From assembly GCF_006345805.1 (NCBI RefSeq), contig NC_043011.1, forward strand, positions 16,256,464-16,320,463: a stretch of DNA of 64,000 nt. Reading direction: 5' to 3'. Every line of letters starts with the position of its first letter. The stretch's first letter is position 1. The position numbers and the translations under genes were made by a program. The notes under the pieces were generated by a model. It did not search any database, was not told the origin of the DNA, and was given only the letters and a program-made list of their open reading frames with translations. The stretch comes from Octopus sinensis. Its lineage: Eukaryota. This document shows positions 1 through 12,400 of this stretch, one piece after another.

Positions 1-165
1 ACGTTCTGAGTTCAAATTCCGCCGAGGTCGACTTTGCATTTCATCCTTTCGGGGTTGATAAATTAAGTACCAGTTATGCACTGGGGTCGATATAATCGAT
101 TTAATCCGTTTGTTTTTCCTCCTTTGTCCCCTCTGTGTTTAGCCCTTTGTGGGTAGTAAAGAAAC
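1..165 (+). mobile_element. SINE family A (tRNA-derived), 5' part cut off by the window start
   Basis: B-box-like GAGTTCAAATTCC followed by the body gtcgactttgc..tttcatcctttcgggg..gataaattaagtaccag..gggtagtaaagaaa, which recurs at 49323, 60742 and 29085. Confidence 0.85.
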
Positions 166-1211
166 AGATACATCTTGGCAATAATGTTTTCGTTAGAGCC
201 ATCGTCACAGAGCGGACAGCCGGAAGAGATGCGTTAAAGCATGGCTTCCTGTCTGATGCATTAAAAGTTACGCTAATCAACCGGTCTGATAATTTATTTA
301 TCGAAACTGAGGGAGTAAAAGGTAAAGCCGAACACAAGGACATTTGAAGTTAAGTCACATAGAGTGAATAAATATTGCACGGTAAAATTTCCAATGGCCT
401 AGTGACACTTCCATTCAGCCATCTTATAAACAACTTAATACAGCAGTAAATAAATAATTTGACAATAGACATATGACACTTCAAGCAACTGAAACAAAAG
501 GTCATTTAAAACTCTCCAGATTCATATTTTTGAATGATGTCATTCAAGTTGTTGCTAGCTTTTGTGTGTCTGTGTGTCTTTTTTTTTCTTTTTGTTATGG
601 TTTATCAAATCTGAATTGCTACTCAAAACACTCCCATTTTTCTGTAACATGTGATTAAAACACATTTCTGTTATATTTCTGACATATTGATTATTTTGAA
701 ATGTTTTAATTTGTTTCACTCATTAATCACTAGTATCTCAATTTTAATATTATATGCTTTTAAATAAGAGCAGACATAAGGAGAAATGAAGAAAATTTGG
801 AAGACACGAAATCAAGAAAACGTCAAAAGATTTTTTTTTTTAAATAGAGGAATGTTCAAGGACACACCTTACATTAATAAATTCTCTAATTATACTATCA
901 TAATAGTGTTTCATTAATTCATTATAAAATTTGCCGATATTTTATAATAGTCATTTGTAAATTCTGCCTGAGGTCAAAACCGTTGAGGAAGTGTTGTGCA
1001 ATTAATGTCAACAAGTACTGTTTTATTGATCGGTGAAAGAGGAAAATTAAATCAGTCCAAGTGGGGTTTGAATCGAGGCCGTAAGTTAAATGACTACAAA
1101 CTACTAAACAAGATGTGAAATGTAAAATTGAGCCCACAGATTTAAATCTATTCCCTGTAATTTATTAAGGATTTATTTCTCTTGATTCTAGAAGTATAAG
1201 AAGCAATATTT

Positions 1212-1432
1212 ACTGCGGTAAGATTTGAGGGAAATGTATAGAAGGAGATAAAGGGAATAGCAAAGATGACTGCGATAAGATTTGAGAGAATGGTATAGAG
1301 GAGGATAAAGCGAATAGCTAAGTTGACTGCAGTAGGATTTGAAGGAAGGATATAGAGGAAAATAAAGCAAATAGTAAAGTTGACTGCGGTAAGATTGGAA
1401 GGAAGGACGTAGAGGAAGATGAAACGAATAGC
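1212..1432. repeat. Diverged 57-bp minisatellite, about 4 copies
   Basis: actgc(g/a)(g)taagattt motif starts at 1212, 1269, 1326 and 1383 (period 57); plus-strand frames contain stops. Confidence 0.85.
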
Positions 1433-2035
1433 ATATCCGTCACGGTAAGGTTTCCCTTAAACACAGCATATAAAAATTGGCTTAAAAACTCAATATCATA
1501 GAACATAACTTACAATTGACTTTCGATATTTTAACCATACCCAATCCTTTTCCCCAAAATGTATTTAGTCAAGAGTAATTAAACATTTAATCTTGAAAAG
1601 TTTCCGTATTTATAAAGATTTTCAAGAAAAAGACAATGACAGGTTTCCAGCTGTGGGGAAATTAATCGATTAGAACAACTTGGTACTCCACAGGCAGTTA
1701 TTTCCAGAATTCACAATAAGAAGAAAAATCTTAGTTGACATGGTTTGATTTGTAATCGGAAAATAAAATTTTGTGACTAAATAAAATAAGATTTATTTAT
1801 TTTACAAACAAATACCATGCATTCTAATGCAATCTGCAAAATATACCGTTTACCATCTAACATTTAATTCAATCCTCTTCTCTTTCTTAATCTCTTCTTC
1901 TATTTTACAGGGATCTGCCTATTACGCCATGCATAGCTATCCACAAAGCTATCAAAAAACAATTCTCCTTAAATAGACATAAAGAGATTGATGGGTTACA
2001 AAGTGAAAATAATAACAACATAAATCGGAGCACTA

Positions 2036-2240
2036 AAGCGGCGAGCTAGCACAATCGTTAGTACGCCATTCGAAATTCATAAGTGCATTTCGCCAGTTTT
2101 TACGTTCTGAGTTCAAATTCTCCCGAGGTTGAGTTTTGTCTTTCGTGGTCAATAAAATAAGTATCATGTTGAGCAATTGATTCGATATAATCAAATAGCA
2201 CCTCGGCCGAAATTTTTAGCCTTGTGCCAATATTTCGATA
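2036..2240 (+). mobile_element. SINE family A, degenerate copy
   Basis: gcggcgagctagcacaatcgttagtacgcc head, gttctgagttcaaattc B-box region and ccttgtgcca tail. Confidence 0.75.
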
Positions 2241-2729
2241 CATTTTTAAAAAAATATATTCTGTGTGTCTACGTCAATGATTGTTAAATGAAATCGTGTG
2301 GTGGTAACGAAGCACATTCTGGTTGATGTGCTAGTTGTTGTTGCAATAGTTTTGATATACTTGATTTAGTTGCTTGTGATTAATCCGGATGTCTTTTGGG
2401 TATCATAGCTGGGAAATGCAAAAACAAACAGAATGGTACTTGAACTGAAATAGTGAGTAAAAAATCTGGAAGCAATTCCAGTTAACACCTTGTTCGCCAC
2501 GCTCACGATTCCGCCTGCTCGATACTTTGTTGTGATTTTGTATTGTGGCAGGAGAACACTTTTACGAGGAAGGGTCTATTCGATATCATCGATAGTATTT
2601 GAGTGACACTATATTTCATCGATCCCGGAACACGGAGTGCAAACTTGACTTTCGCAAGATGTGAATTTAGTGATTTAATGCATGTAAAAAGTGCAACGAA
2701 GTATTTTGATCTTTGCTCTAAGGATATTG

Positions 2730-3900
2730 CAATATCATCACCTCACTACTGGAGGCTCCACCGTTACCTTCCGCGTTGCTTACATTCAAGACCTACAACA
2801 CACCAGCCAGGTCTAGGGAAACCGTACTTACTATCACACCAAGGCCTTTCTTAAACCGCATAGCAACACTATTTGGTCCAGAGGAGACAAACTTTTTTGT
2901 CGTCCAGACATAGAGTAAATCATTGTTTCGGAAATTCTAGTTTCACTAATGGCTGTTGCACCCAGACAAAGTGACCTAAGATCGTTAAGCAAGTGATTCT
3001 GCTTCCACGCTGCAATCAAACCAGGAGGAGGGAGACAGACGAAAGTAGGGACAGCCACTTAACCTAGTGTTGGTTTGGTTCTTTTGCGGGGCCTTTCACT
3101 ATCCTTTTATCTAGTAAGTTTTTGAAAAATCTAACATCCTGTAGCAAACGTTTAATCAAAATACAATACATGGTATGAGCTGTACATATCAGAACCCATC
3201 CTTGTGGGGTTTTGGAAATGGTGACAACCTTAAGACCTTCAGTTGTTGTCAAAATTGTGTCTTTATATAAAACTCTACCAACTCCATCAATTCCTTGTTT
3301 TCCTTCAGTACAACAGTGTAATGAGGCTCGTCCGTGAGATGTTGCTCTAATCGTCCTTGTGACTGATATAGTTGTTGTCGTCGTTGTAGTGGCTTTTGCG
3401 TAAGTTTCTTCCCTAGCGAATTTTGTAGTGTCTCTCGTTGTTGCTGAGAATGCTGTTTCAATCCTTGGTGTTACTGTAGTTAGTTTTTGTGCTGTTGCTG
3501 TTGTTTGTGTCGTTCAGCGATTGCTGAAATTGTTGGTTTGCCGCTTTGCTTACGAGTCTTGGCGCCCTGTTTTCAAAGTTATTCAGCTTGGTGTCCACAG
3601 ACTTTTGGGATTTAGGGGTTACATCGATATTTTTACCCGCTCCCGCTCTTTTTGTTTTGGGTACGAAGTCACTCGATGATCCCCTTCTCGGGTGTTTTTA
3701 AATTGCCCATGGTCCCTACTATATCCCAACACTCAGTAAGATTTCCGCTTGCCTTTTTGTCTTCATCTTACACCTGTATTATAGTTGCTGCTGTTTTCTT
3801 CTTTGAGATTACAACGGATCTGGCGTCGAGAACATCAGAATATGGAATCGCATATTTCGAAAGCAATACAAACGAAACTTATCCTAAATAATTCTGAGAA
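2730..3900 (-). mobile_element. Probable Tx1/L1-clade LINE remnant (end of ORF1 plus start of AP-endonuclease)
   Basis: Minus frame GLIAAWKQNHLLNDLRSLCLGATAISETR resembles the N-terminal APE motif (xxGL...K...L..L......A..ET); preceded by a Q/T-rich, nearly stop-free ORF1-like region; many stops and frameshifts. Confidence 0.5.
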
Positions 3901-5124
3901 TCCGGAAAGTATTGTCATTAATAAAATTCTAAAGTATTAGATTTTATTTCTTCCAGCATGCACAGCTGCATAATGTCAAACTTTAAGAAGCTCTAAAATA
4001 ACACTGAAGAAGCTTTTATTGCATGACAACATTGAATCGCCAACAAAAGAATAACCATTGATCCATCTAATTAAATCTGCATCATCTGCCTGCAGGTAAT
4101 CTATAAACTGATCTCCAGAATATTACCCTTCATTGACCATCTACAAAGGGACGGGTTAAATTATGTTGGGCAGCGTTTTTGTATTCCTAACAAATAATTG
4201 ACCAGCGTTTTATCAGCAGGGCTTTACTGGGAGGCTTATTATTATTCAAAATGCCATGTAATTACTTGCGTTTATGAAAACTGGGTCTTTGATTTTATGC
4301 TATCAAGTGTTATAAATTCACTATTCTGATTACACTATGGTAAAGTCATATAAATGAAATCTGCAGAAATAGTGAGCCGCCTTTATAATCACCAGGACCA
4401 CAATGATTGCAATCTTCCGCCTCATATTAATATCTACTGTGTGACTCTAACGTGATGTCACATCTGGGCATCCCTATTCTCTGATTCTTGGTCTTATGAA
4501 CGCTCACTAAAATCAAATCCATCTTCAAATATTACACATGAAGGCTCACTAGCAAAGTAGTACTCAAAGTAGTACTCAGATTCACTTTGCCATTCGAGGT
4601 AGTTAAAACATACACTCAATGCTTTAATTAGTACAATCCATCAAGGTATTTGCCTAATATGTAGTTCTGAGTCTATATTACTATTACTCTTTATACAGTA
4701 TATTCTTATTCTCGTAGCTCGTTCTGCGACTGGTCTTACCAAGATCGACAAAATAAATCTAGAGTCCAGTACAATTGTCGACTTAAGCGAGTGTTCCCAA
4801 ATCTCGATACATTCAGAATTTACTGCTTTCACTTGCGAAACAAGGGCAATGCTGGAACACCACTTATTACTATTTTAGTCATTACTACTTATATATGTAC
4901 TTACTTTAGCATGGAATACATTGTATCAATAACTTTAATCGTATAAGTTTTTCAGCAGAGCGTGTAAAGACACCTCACCTTTCTTCCTCACAAAAAACAC
5001 ATACACACCTCTCCCCAAACACACACAAACACACACAAACACATACATGCATGCATACATACATTCATAGGGGGATAGGAGAGGCATTAAGCTGTATGAA
5101 AGCACGCCAATGTCGACACGCTGC

Positions 5125-5252
5125 GACGCAGTTGCATACCAGATCGTGTTAAACCGTCCAACCCATGCCAGCGCGGACGATGCACGTTAAGTAATAATCA
5201 TGATTATGACGATGATGACGGCAACAACCACGACGACGACGACGACGACGAC
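5125..5252 (+). mobile_element. 3' tail of a SINE/LINE-type repeat ending in (GAT/GAC)n
   Basis: aaaccgtccaacccatgccagc...cgttaa followed by a trinucleotide tail; recognised from memory as a common octopus retroposon 3' end. Confidence 0.5.
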
Positions 5253-5449
5253 AATGACGATAATATACTTGCCCGGCTCAGTTGTGTCGAACATGGACCA
5301 ACGTATTTACAAAGTACTTTTTTTTGTTTCTAAATATAAGTATACTACACAAAAAAAGATACATGGATATTCTGTTGTTGGTCAATTACTAAATCAAATG
5401 CAGTGTTATCTTTCAGTATTGATGTTGCTTGCTATTTAGTCGATCAATT

Positions 5450-5863
5450 GGATCTTTTCGGTTTGACCGGCAGTTTTTTTAATTAATTTCCCCGTAACTA
5501 AACACTTTTAAACTTCGTATACTGGTAGAATGTGTTTATAAAACATCTTTTTCTCTTGGCTTTATTGAGAAAATTCTATAGTTTGGAAGATAATTGTTGT
5601 TTTATTCTCCCATTTCTGCAATTTTAACCAATCAATGACATCTATTGAGGAGAAAACATTCTGTGCCGTATGAATATGTCCCTTGTTTAAGAAACAGATT
5701 GGGTTTATTTACATTTGTGAAGAAAAAAATATACCCTTCCCCCACCCCTAACCCTAAACCTGAAACAGATTGAAATGTAACAGATCGATACTAGGGTCAT
5801 AATTATGGGTGACAATTTCATATGACACCGCTAGAAAAACTGCCGTTCAAACCGAAAGGATCC
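5450..5863. mobile_element. Merlin/IS1016-like MITE
   Basis: TIRs GGATCTTTTCGGTTTGACCGGCAGTTTTT / AAAAACTGCCGTTCAAACCGAAAGGATCC; flanks gatcaatt (5442-5449) and aatcaatt (5864-5871) form a 7/8 match to an 8-bp TSD. Confidence 0.7.
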
Positions 5864-7379
5864 AATCAATTTTTTTCAATTGAGTAGATCTGAGGTTAAA
5901 GTTAAAACAACCCGCTCTTTTCCCTTATTTTCTTCTAAATCAAGAACACACTGTCCAATGTACCTAATATTTTTCAATGATACGTTTCATTAAGCGGAAA
6001 TTCGTTGCTCCTTGTAGTCTGAAAGACAATTACACAAACACTTTTTTGTCATCTGTGCACTGTGAATGTTAATTTTGTTATCATTTATTTCGAGCACAGC
6101 TTCGATTGAATAGAACTATTATCAAATATTTTCCATCTATGATAATCCCTTCTGTTCAATGAGTCTGAGGTAGTAGATTATGGCTTGAAGATGTGACTGC
6201 TATTTCCAGTATGCCAAGCGCCCATATAGATGCAATTTTTATCGTCTTAATTTATAACCACCGCGGCCTACTTTGTCTACTGAATTCTAATCTAGGTTGA
6301 TTCAAATTCTAACTTTTCAATATACGACGTTAATAGCGATAAAATGTGGTAATGAAACAGAATGAAATATGGTAATGTGAAGAGATAAATCAAAGAAATA
6401 TAAGTATTATCTGCTCTGCTTTCTATTGTTTCTGAATTCAGTTGTTATCTTAACGACAATTTCCAGCAATTTTAAGCAACATATATGTCCGTATTTCACT
6501 AGAGGTTTTTCAAGTTTCAAGATTATATTATCTCATAAATGAATAGGCTTCATATATTATCTATGCAAATCCTGAATCCTACACAAAATTATTTATATAT
6601 TAAGAGACACATATATGTGCGCGCTCGCGTGTGTTTGTGCGTGTAAACTTACGCGTACATTCTCACATATAATCGCCCACATACACATATACAAATATAT
6701 TTAAGAAAATACATGATAACAAGAAAATATACATGAGATATCTATAAATCTATTAGTATAGATCATATATGTCAAAGCTACGTCAGAAGCAACAAAGACT
6801 TAATTTACATCACACGGATGGTATATTTCAAATGATAACACATTTGCTAATTATGTCCATATTCTTTTATTATGGGGCGCTGTCGTATTCAAGTTAATAT
6901 GTTATTATTAAAACATGGTATGAATATCCCTGTAAATAACATATGGTGTTAACACATTAAGGTGTTAACTTACGTCAATATGAGTGTTACCTTCTATATA
7001 ACTGAATATCAGTCTCAGGTGTCGACAAATAAATAGAAGTAACTCAATCATTTTAATTCTATCGTTAATAGTTTGCTTTGGGAACATGTGGTTTGTGCTT
7101 AAAACAAGAAATGTTTTCTTGCCCCAACTATCAAATCTTTCTTATCCCCATCCTATGCAGGTGATGTTTTTAATGCAAAAAGAAAAGTCTTGCGTTGTCT
7201 GTAATTCTGTGCAGCGTACAAGAAGTCGTGCGTAGTGTGTCCGAATTACCGAAGCATTCTTCTTTTTTTTTTTTGCAAATAAAAAAAAGATTTGCTGTTA
7301 TATATCTACAATAATATCCTACCCGAAGGGTCGATTTTGAGTACTGAAATGGCATTCACATAGCTGTTTCTGGGTTAAC

Positions 7380-7650
7380 TGATCATCATTATCAATGTTC
7401 GACCGTGGTCGAGACTTTCATAGTCTTTTCAAATGGCTAATAATGTGTGCGCGCGCCACTACTACACACATTGGAAAGCATTGTACAACCAAGTACTAAA
7501 GAAGATCTTTCCTCCTCCATGAAACAAAGCTGTTCCCGCTGGACGTCAACCCAGTATTTCTAGGCTACGAACCCAGTGATTTATTGTAAGGCTATCTCCC
7601 TAGATAGATTGCCTTCACTACGGCTAAGGAGCCCTTTCTACCCCATGTTA
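7380..7650 (-). mobile_element. Possible RTE LINE 5' region remnant
   Basis: ctatctccctagatagattgccttcactacggctaaggagccc resembles the reverse complement of RTE/BovB-type 5' UTR motifs; short and degenerate. Confidence 0.3.
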
Positions 7651-7970
7651 ACTGATATGTGACACGCTGGTATATGAGTCGCTGTACATAGTACTGTAGC
7701 ATTGTATTTAGTAAAATTATTAAATATTAGTCGTTAAATGTATTTACAAAAATTATGAAATATCATTCGTTTAACAAATGCTGATTAGAGTTTGTCTATC
7801 GACATAACAAATATACTTAATTCTAACAGATTTCCTAAGAAAGGTGTCTCTCAATAATTAATCGCAGTAATTTGTTTTCATAACCTGAACCGATTCAGCT
7901 TCTAGCCACTTCAAGCATTCAAGCAGAGAGAAAAATTGTATAAACAAAGAGTTCTGTTATAAAGGTAAAA

Positions 7971-8380
7971 GGCGCAAGAGTGGCTGTGTGGTAAGTAGCT
8001 TGCTCACCAACCACATGGTTCCGGGTTCAGTCCCACTGCGTGGCACCTTGGGCAAGTGTCTTCTGCTATAGCCCCGGGCCGACCAAAGCCTTGTGAGTGG
8101 ATTTGGTAGACTGAAACTGAAAGAAGCCTGTCGTATATATGTATATATATGTGTGTGTGCGTGTATGTTTGTGTGTCTGTGTTTGTCCCCCTAGCATTGC
8201 TTGGTAACCGATGCTGGCGTGTTTACGTCCCCGTTACTTAGCGGTTCGGCAAAAGAGACCGATATAATAAGTACTGGGCTTACAAAAGAATAAGTCCAGG
8301 GGTCGAGTTGCTCGATTAAAGGCGGTGCTCCAGCATGGCCGCAGTCAAATGACTGAAACAAGTAAAAGAGTAAAAGAGTA
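7971..8380 (+). mobile_element. SINE family B (tRNA head, CORE-like domain, central microsatellite, LINE-derived tail), full length
   Basis: A-box TGGCTGTGTGG, B-box GGTTCAGTCCC, CORE-like accttgggcaagtgtcttct, tail ggcggtgctccagcatggccgcagtcaaatgactgaaacaagtaaaagagtaaaagagta. Confidence 0.9.
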
Positions 8381-9360
8381 TGATCTCAGAAAAAACATTG
8401 GATACAAAATAAGACTGATGAAATGGAATAATATGTGGTATCTTTGACAAGCAACTTTGCCTTAGACACATTAGCTGGAGTAAACATTTAAGGATCAATG
8501 ACGGAAATCACACCAGCAGTGTCATCATCAATGCCAACAGATAGGAATTGTGAATATAATATAATGAGAAATAAATTTCATTTATGAAGATTAATTGACT
8601 GCCATGTCGGGAGGTAGGCATGTGCGCATTGCTTAATACTAATCAAAACAGATAGCGAACGAAAATTCCGAAATTTAATATCATGGGAAGATATCATTAG
8701 CAGAAGAAATGATGTTAAATTGATTTCATCTTTGACAATCTTACCATTTATTCTACAATATACTTAGTATATGGATCTACATATTTGGTAGAATAAGGAC
8801 ATGTCAGAAAAAATATGACTATATACTGTATTATGACTTGCTAGACTTGTTCAGTTTATTTATGTAAGATTGAATAAAATATGCAGGAAATATTTAGGTA
8901 GACTGACTCTAACCAAATAGGACGACTCCAACTAAATGTTCCTAAGCATGTTAGTAACTAAATGCAATACAAATTCGATGGTGTGTTTCCATCATGCTAG
9001 TTGTATTGTAGCAAGAGTAATACAAAGAGGTTATCTGGTAAGGTTGAGGCAAGTTCATTCGGTGATTGAATATAATGAAATATCAAATTCTGTATCAAAG
9101 GAATTTAGTAGCTTGTCTGCATCGGTGAAGTAATCCAGAGGAATAAGTGGCAAAATAAATAAATGAATAAATAAATAAATGGAGATAAAAATATCAATAC
9201 AAATTCAAACAAATTCAATTACGAAGCCATGCTACAGAAAAAATGGATCAACATTTCCAAAGAAAGTGTTCAAAGGAGAGGAACGAAAAATATGGGAAAA
9301 TATGTAAGCCCCCAAGTCAACAGATTCTTTTTTTCTTAATCGGTGATTGGTAACAGTTTG

Positions 9361-9399
<39 letters not shown>

Positions 9400-9513
9400 A
9401 TATATATATGGGGGTGTATGTGTACACATACATACATACATACACACATACATACATACATACATACATACACAAATAGACAGATAGATAGATACATATG
9501 CATACATGCATAC

Positions 9514-9559
<46 letters not shown>

Positions 9560-9879
9560 TCGTGTTTACAGGAGGCAAGAGCTAACGATGAAGATACTTA
9601 TGTTACCCTTTTCAAGGAACAGCTTGATCTATTGAACAATCTGCGGCGTTGGGGATCACAAAGATAGGTGTTCTTATTGTGAAAAAGTTACCTGACATTG
9701 AGAAGTAGAAGCTAATACAATATCGGAAAATTGTTACCTCTATCACACTGATTCACATCAGGGGTCAAAATGCTACTCAATGCTACTCAATGATCTGTAA
9801 ATACTGCAATGGTTGGAAGACGTGACATGGAAAGCCGTGGAAAGCAGGAAGAGATACAGCTGGCGGTTTCACTGCGTAC

Positions 9880-10410
9880 GCACGCTGGCGATTATCCAAC
9901 GACCGATGAGCTTTTCAGACAACTTTGTAAAGCTGCTAGATATTCTAATCAAATCCTGGCTGGAATGGGTTAATACTGGAAGGTCCTCTGTGTGGCAGCA
10001 AGGCTCGGCTTCTTGGCATACCTCAGGAAAATTTCAGAAGTGGTCATCGGTGAATTTCTCCGATTTCACTAGACACAATTTCTGATGACCTTATTCCCTC
10101 GATTTTAATCCCGTGGATTACTATGTGTGGGGTGCAGTTGAGGAACACACAAGCTGTTCTGCCTGAAACAATTATGATGAGCTGGTGACCATGATCAAAA
10201 TGTTCTAAGATCTTCCCAGCGAGTCGGAGAGGAACACATGCTTCACACATCCACAGCGTTTTGAGGCCGTTGAGGAAGATGGGGGCGACTACTGCCAATA
10301 ACTCGTTGATATTTTGGATTCTTTTCAATTGTTTATTTTGGATAGGAAATTAGGTATTCTTTCCCTTTTATGCAAACCATCAAATTTAATCCAGACATAC
10401 AGCTTATTTC
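9880..10410 (+). mobile_element. Tc1/mariner transposase C-terminal remnant
   Basis: WQQGSASWHTS (from WQQDSAPxHTS), ..LDFNPVDYYVWGAVE.. (from SPDxNPxDYYVW), DELVTMIK; stops and frameshifts. Confidence 0.8.
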
Positions 10411-10451
10411 TATATCTATATCTATATATTTGTCTCCTCTCTTTTTCTTTC

Positions 10452-10483
<32 letters not shown>

Positions 10484-10505
10484 CATCCACGCACAAATAT
10501 GTATA

Positions 10506-10641
<136 letters not shown>

Positions 10642-10647
10642 CATGTA

Positions 10648-11068
10648 ACTAACGTGACTAAGGGCGCTAGTCAGTACCAGTATTGCTAGAAGTAAGTGTT
10701 AAAACAACTCATAGCCACAAGAAGGCACTCATATTAATGACTGACAAGGGAGGCAAACTCCCAACAACATCCGGGCATAACCAGATCACCAATGGTTGCG
10801 CATTTTTATTAATGCTTGTCAGGGACCCTCACCCAGCGCCTAGGGCTAAACTCACCTTGCCTCGTCAGTTTATAAGACGAGCATAGAAACACACGCTAAT
10901 TTAATAAATAGTAAAACAGAAAATTATAAAGAATATTCCCGGATGTTATTGGGACCTCTCCCCCTTTTCAGTCATTAAGGTAGGTGCTCTCTTCTAAGTA
11001 ACTATGAGTTGTTATAACATCTATTTCTAGCAGTACTGGTGCTAACTAGCGCCCGTAGTCACTTTAGT
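10648..11068. mobile_element. MITE/fold-back element with ~130-bp diverged TIRs
   Basis: actaacgtgactaagggcgctagtcagtaccagtattgctagaa...acatccgggcata matches the reverse complement of tattcccggatgtt...ctagcagtactggtgctaactagcgcccgtagtcactttagt. Confidence 0.75.
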
Positions 11069-11099
11069 GATGTTTGGTTATAATATTGCGAATAAGACA

Positions 11100-11144
<45 letters not shown>

Positions 11145-11250
11145 CAGTCTTACATATATACTTGGAAAAATAAGCGTGGCGTTCGATCATATAATAACAT
11201 TAATAATATATAAATATATTCATATATACATACATATATGTACATTCCTA

Positions 11251-11500
11251 CATATATTGGTACAGGACATAAAAAAGAAACGTTGAACACATTCAGAAAC
11301 GAAAACATAAAAACAAAAGCATAGAAACCAACTGTTTCAACTACGCCGCGCTCCGTATGCACGAAACGCGGAGTGGTTGAAAAAAGGAAAACTGAAGAAG
11401 GCGAAAATTCTTTATATTGTATGTCTCGTTTCTCTGCTTTTGTTTTTGTTTTCGTTTCTCATTGTGTTCAATTTTTTTTTATGTCTTGTACCCATATATG
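11251..11500. repeat. Fold-back inverted repeat with a central GC-rich hairpin
   Basis: Arms 11251-11328 and 11428-11500 are reverse complements (ggtacaggacataaaaaa..gaaacgaaaaca..aaacaaaagca.agaaac); central tttcaactac...ctccg..cggagtggttgaaa hairpin at 11335-11382. Confidence 0.7.
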
Positions 11501-11597
11501 CATGTATATATACATATACATGTATGTATGTACATATATATATATATATATATATATGCATATATTTATATATAATTTTATATATAATATATAAATA

Positions 11598-11918
11598 TAG
11601 GAGCACTCCGTCGGTTACGACGACGAGGGTCCGCCTGTTACGATCAACGGAAAAGCTTGCTCGGGAAATTAACGTGGAAGTGACTGAGCAATCCACAGAC
11701 ACGTGTGCCCCTAACGTAGTTCTCAGGGAGATTCAGTGCGACACAGAGTGTGACAAGGTTGGCTCTTTGAAATACAAGTACAACTCGTTTTTGCCAGCTG
11801 CGTGGACTGGAGCAACGTGAAATAAACTGTCTTGCTCAAGGAGACAACGTGTCGCCGGGAATTGAACTCACGACCTTACAGTCGTGAGCCGAATACCCTA
11901 ACCACTAAGCCACGCGCC
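11598..11918 (-). mobile_element. SINE family C (tRNA head, CORE-like)
   Basis: Reverse strand ggcgcgtggcttagtggttagggtattcggctcacgactgtaaggtcgtgagttcaattccc (A and B boxes), then ccttgagcaagacag..ttcacgttgctccagtcc. Confidence 0.85.
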
Positions 11919-12178
11919 TTCACAATATATATATATAGATAGATTATATGCATATATAAGTGTGTGGGGGGATACGTTTTGTCAAGTATTTGGATAGGTA
12001 TTGATAGGGAATTGAATTAGTTAGAAGCATGATATATCCAAAGCACTTTTTACCCTCGCAGTATCGATATATGTGATAGTAATTTTGAACGATTAAAGAT
12101 CGATGAATCCATTACCTGTTAGAGACGTTATCGAGGAGGGATTTACAGACAGAAAGCTCCGGATAAAAAAGAAATTTG

Positions 12179-12400
12179 GGATCTTTTCGCTTTGACAAGC
12201 AGATTTTTAAAATAATTTCTTTGTAACTAAACACTTTTAAACTTCGTATACTCGTAGTTTGTTACATAAAACATCGTTTTACTCTTGGCTTTCTAGAGAA
12301 AATTCTGTAGTTTGTAAGCTATTTGTTGTTTAATTTCTTGCATTTCGGCAATTTCAATCAATCAATGACGTCTATTGAGGTAAATACAATTTCTGCCGTA
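12179..12400. mobile_element. Truncated second copy of the Merlin-like MITE
   Basis: ggatcttttcgctttgacaagcag..gtaactaaacacttttaaacttcgtatac..ttaatcaatgacgtctattgagg aligns with 5450-5670. Confidence 0.75.

Noticed and set aside
135-347. Protein-like ORF ..RAIVTERTAGRDALKHGFLSDALK.. followed by AATAAA
   Set aside because: It starts inside a SINE tail, and its 3' third aligns to the reverse complement of SINE A; no credible splice or start context.
1212-1432. 57-bp (19-codon) repeat as a coding repeat
   Set aside because: All plus-strand frames contain stops, and the minus-strand ORFs are low-complexity with no splice support.
9570-9670. Open frame EARANDEDTYVTLFKEQLDLLNNLRRWGSQR after a cag
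   Set aside because: The acceptor's upstream tract is a (TG)n microsatellite, and the frame ends in a stop right at the only donor-like site; no recognisable homology.
11599-11918. tRNA genes (also at 14661, 26283 and 50369)
   Set aside because: A and B boxes are present, but no complete cloverleaf forms and the sequence continues into SINE bodies.
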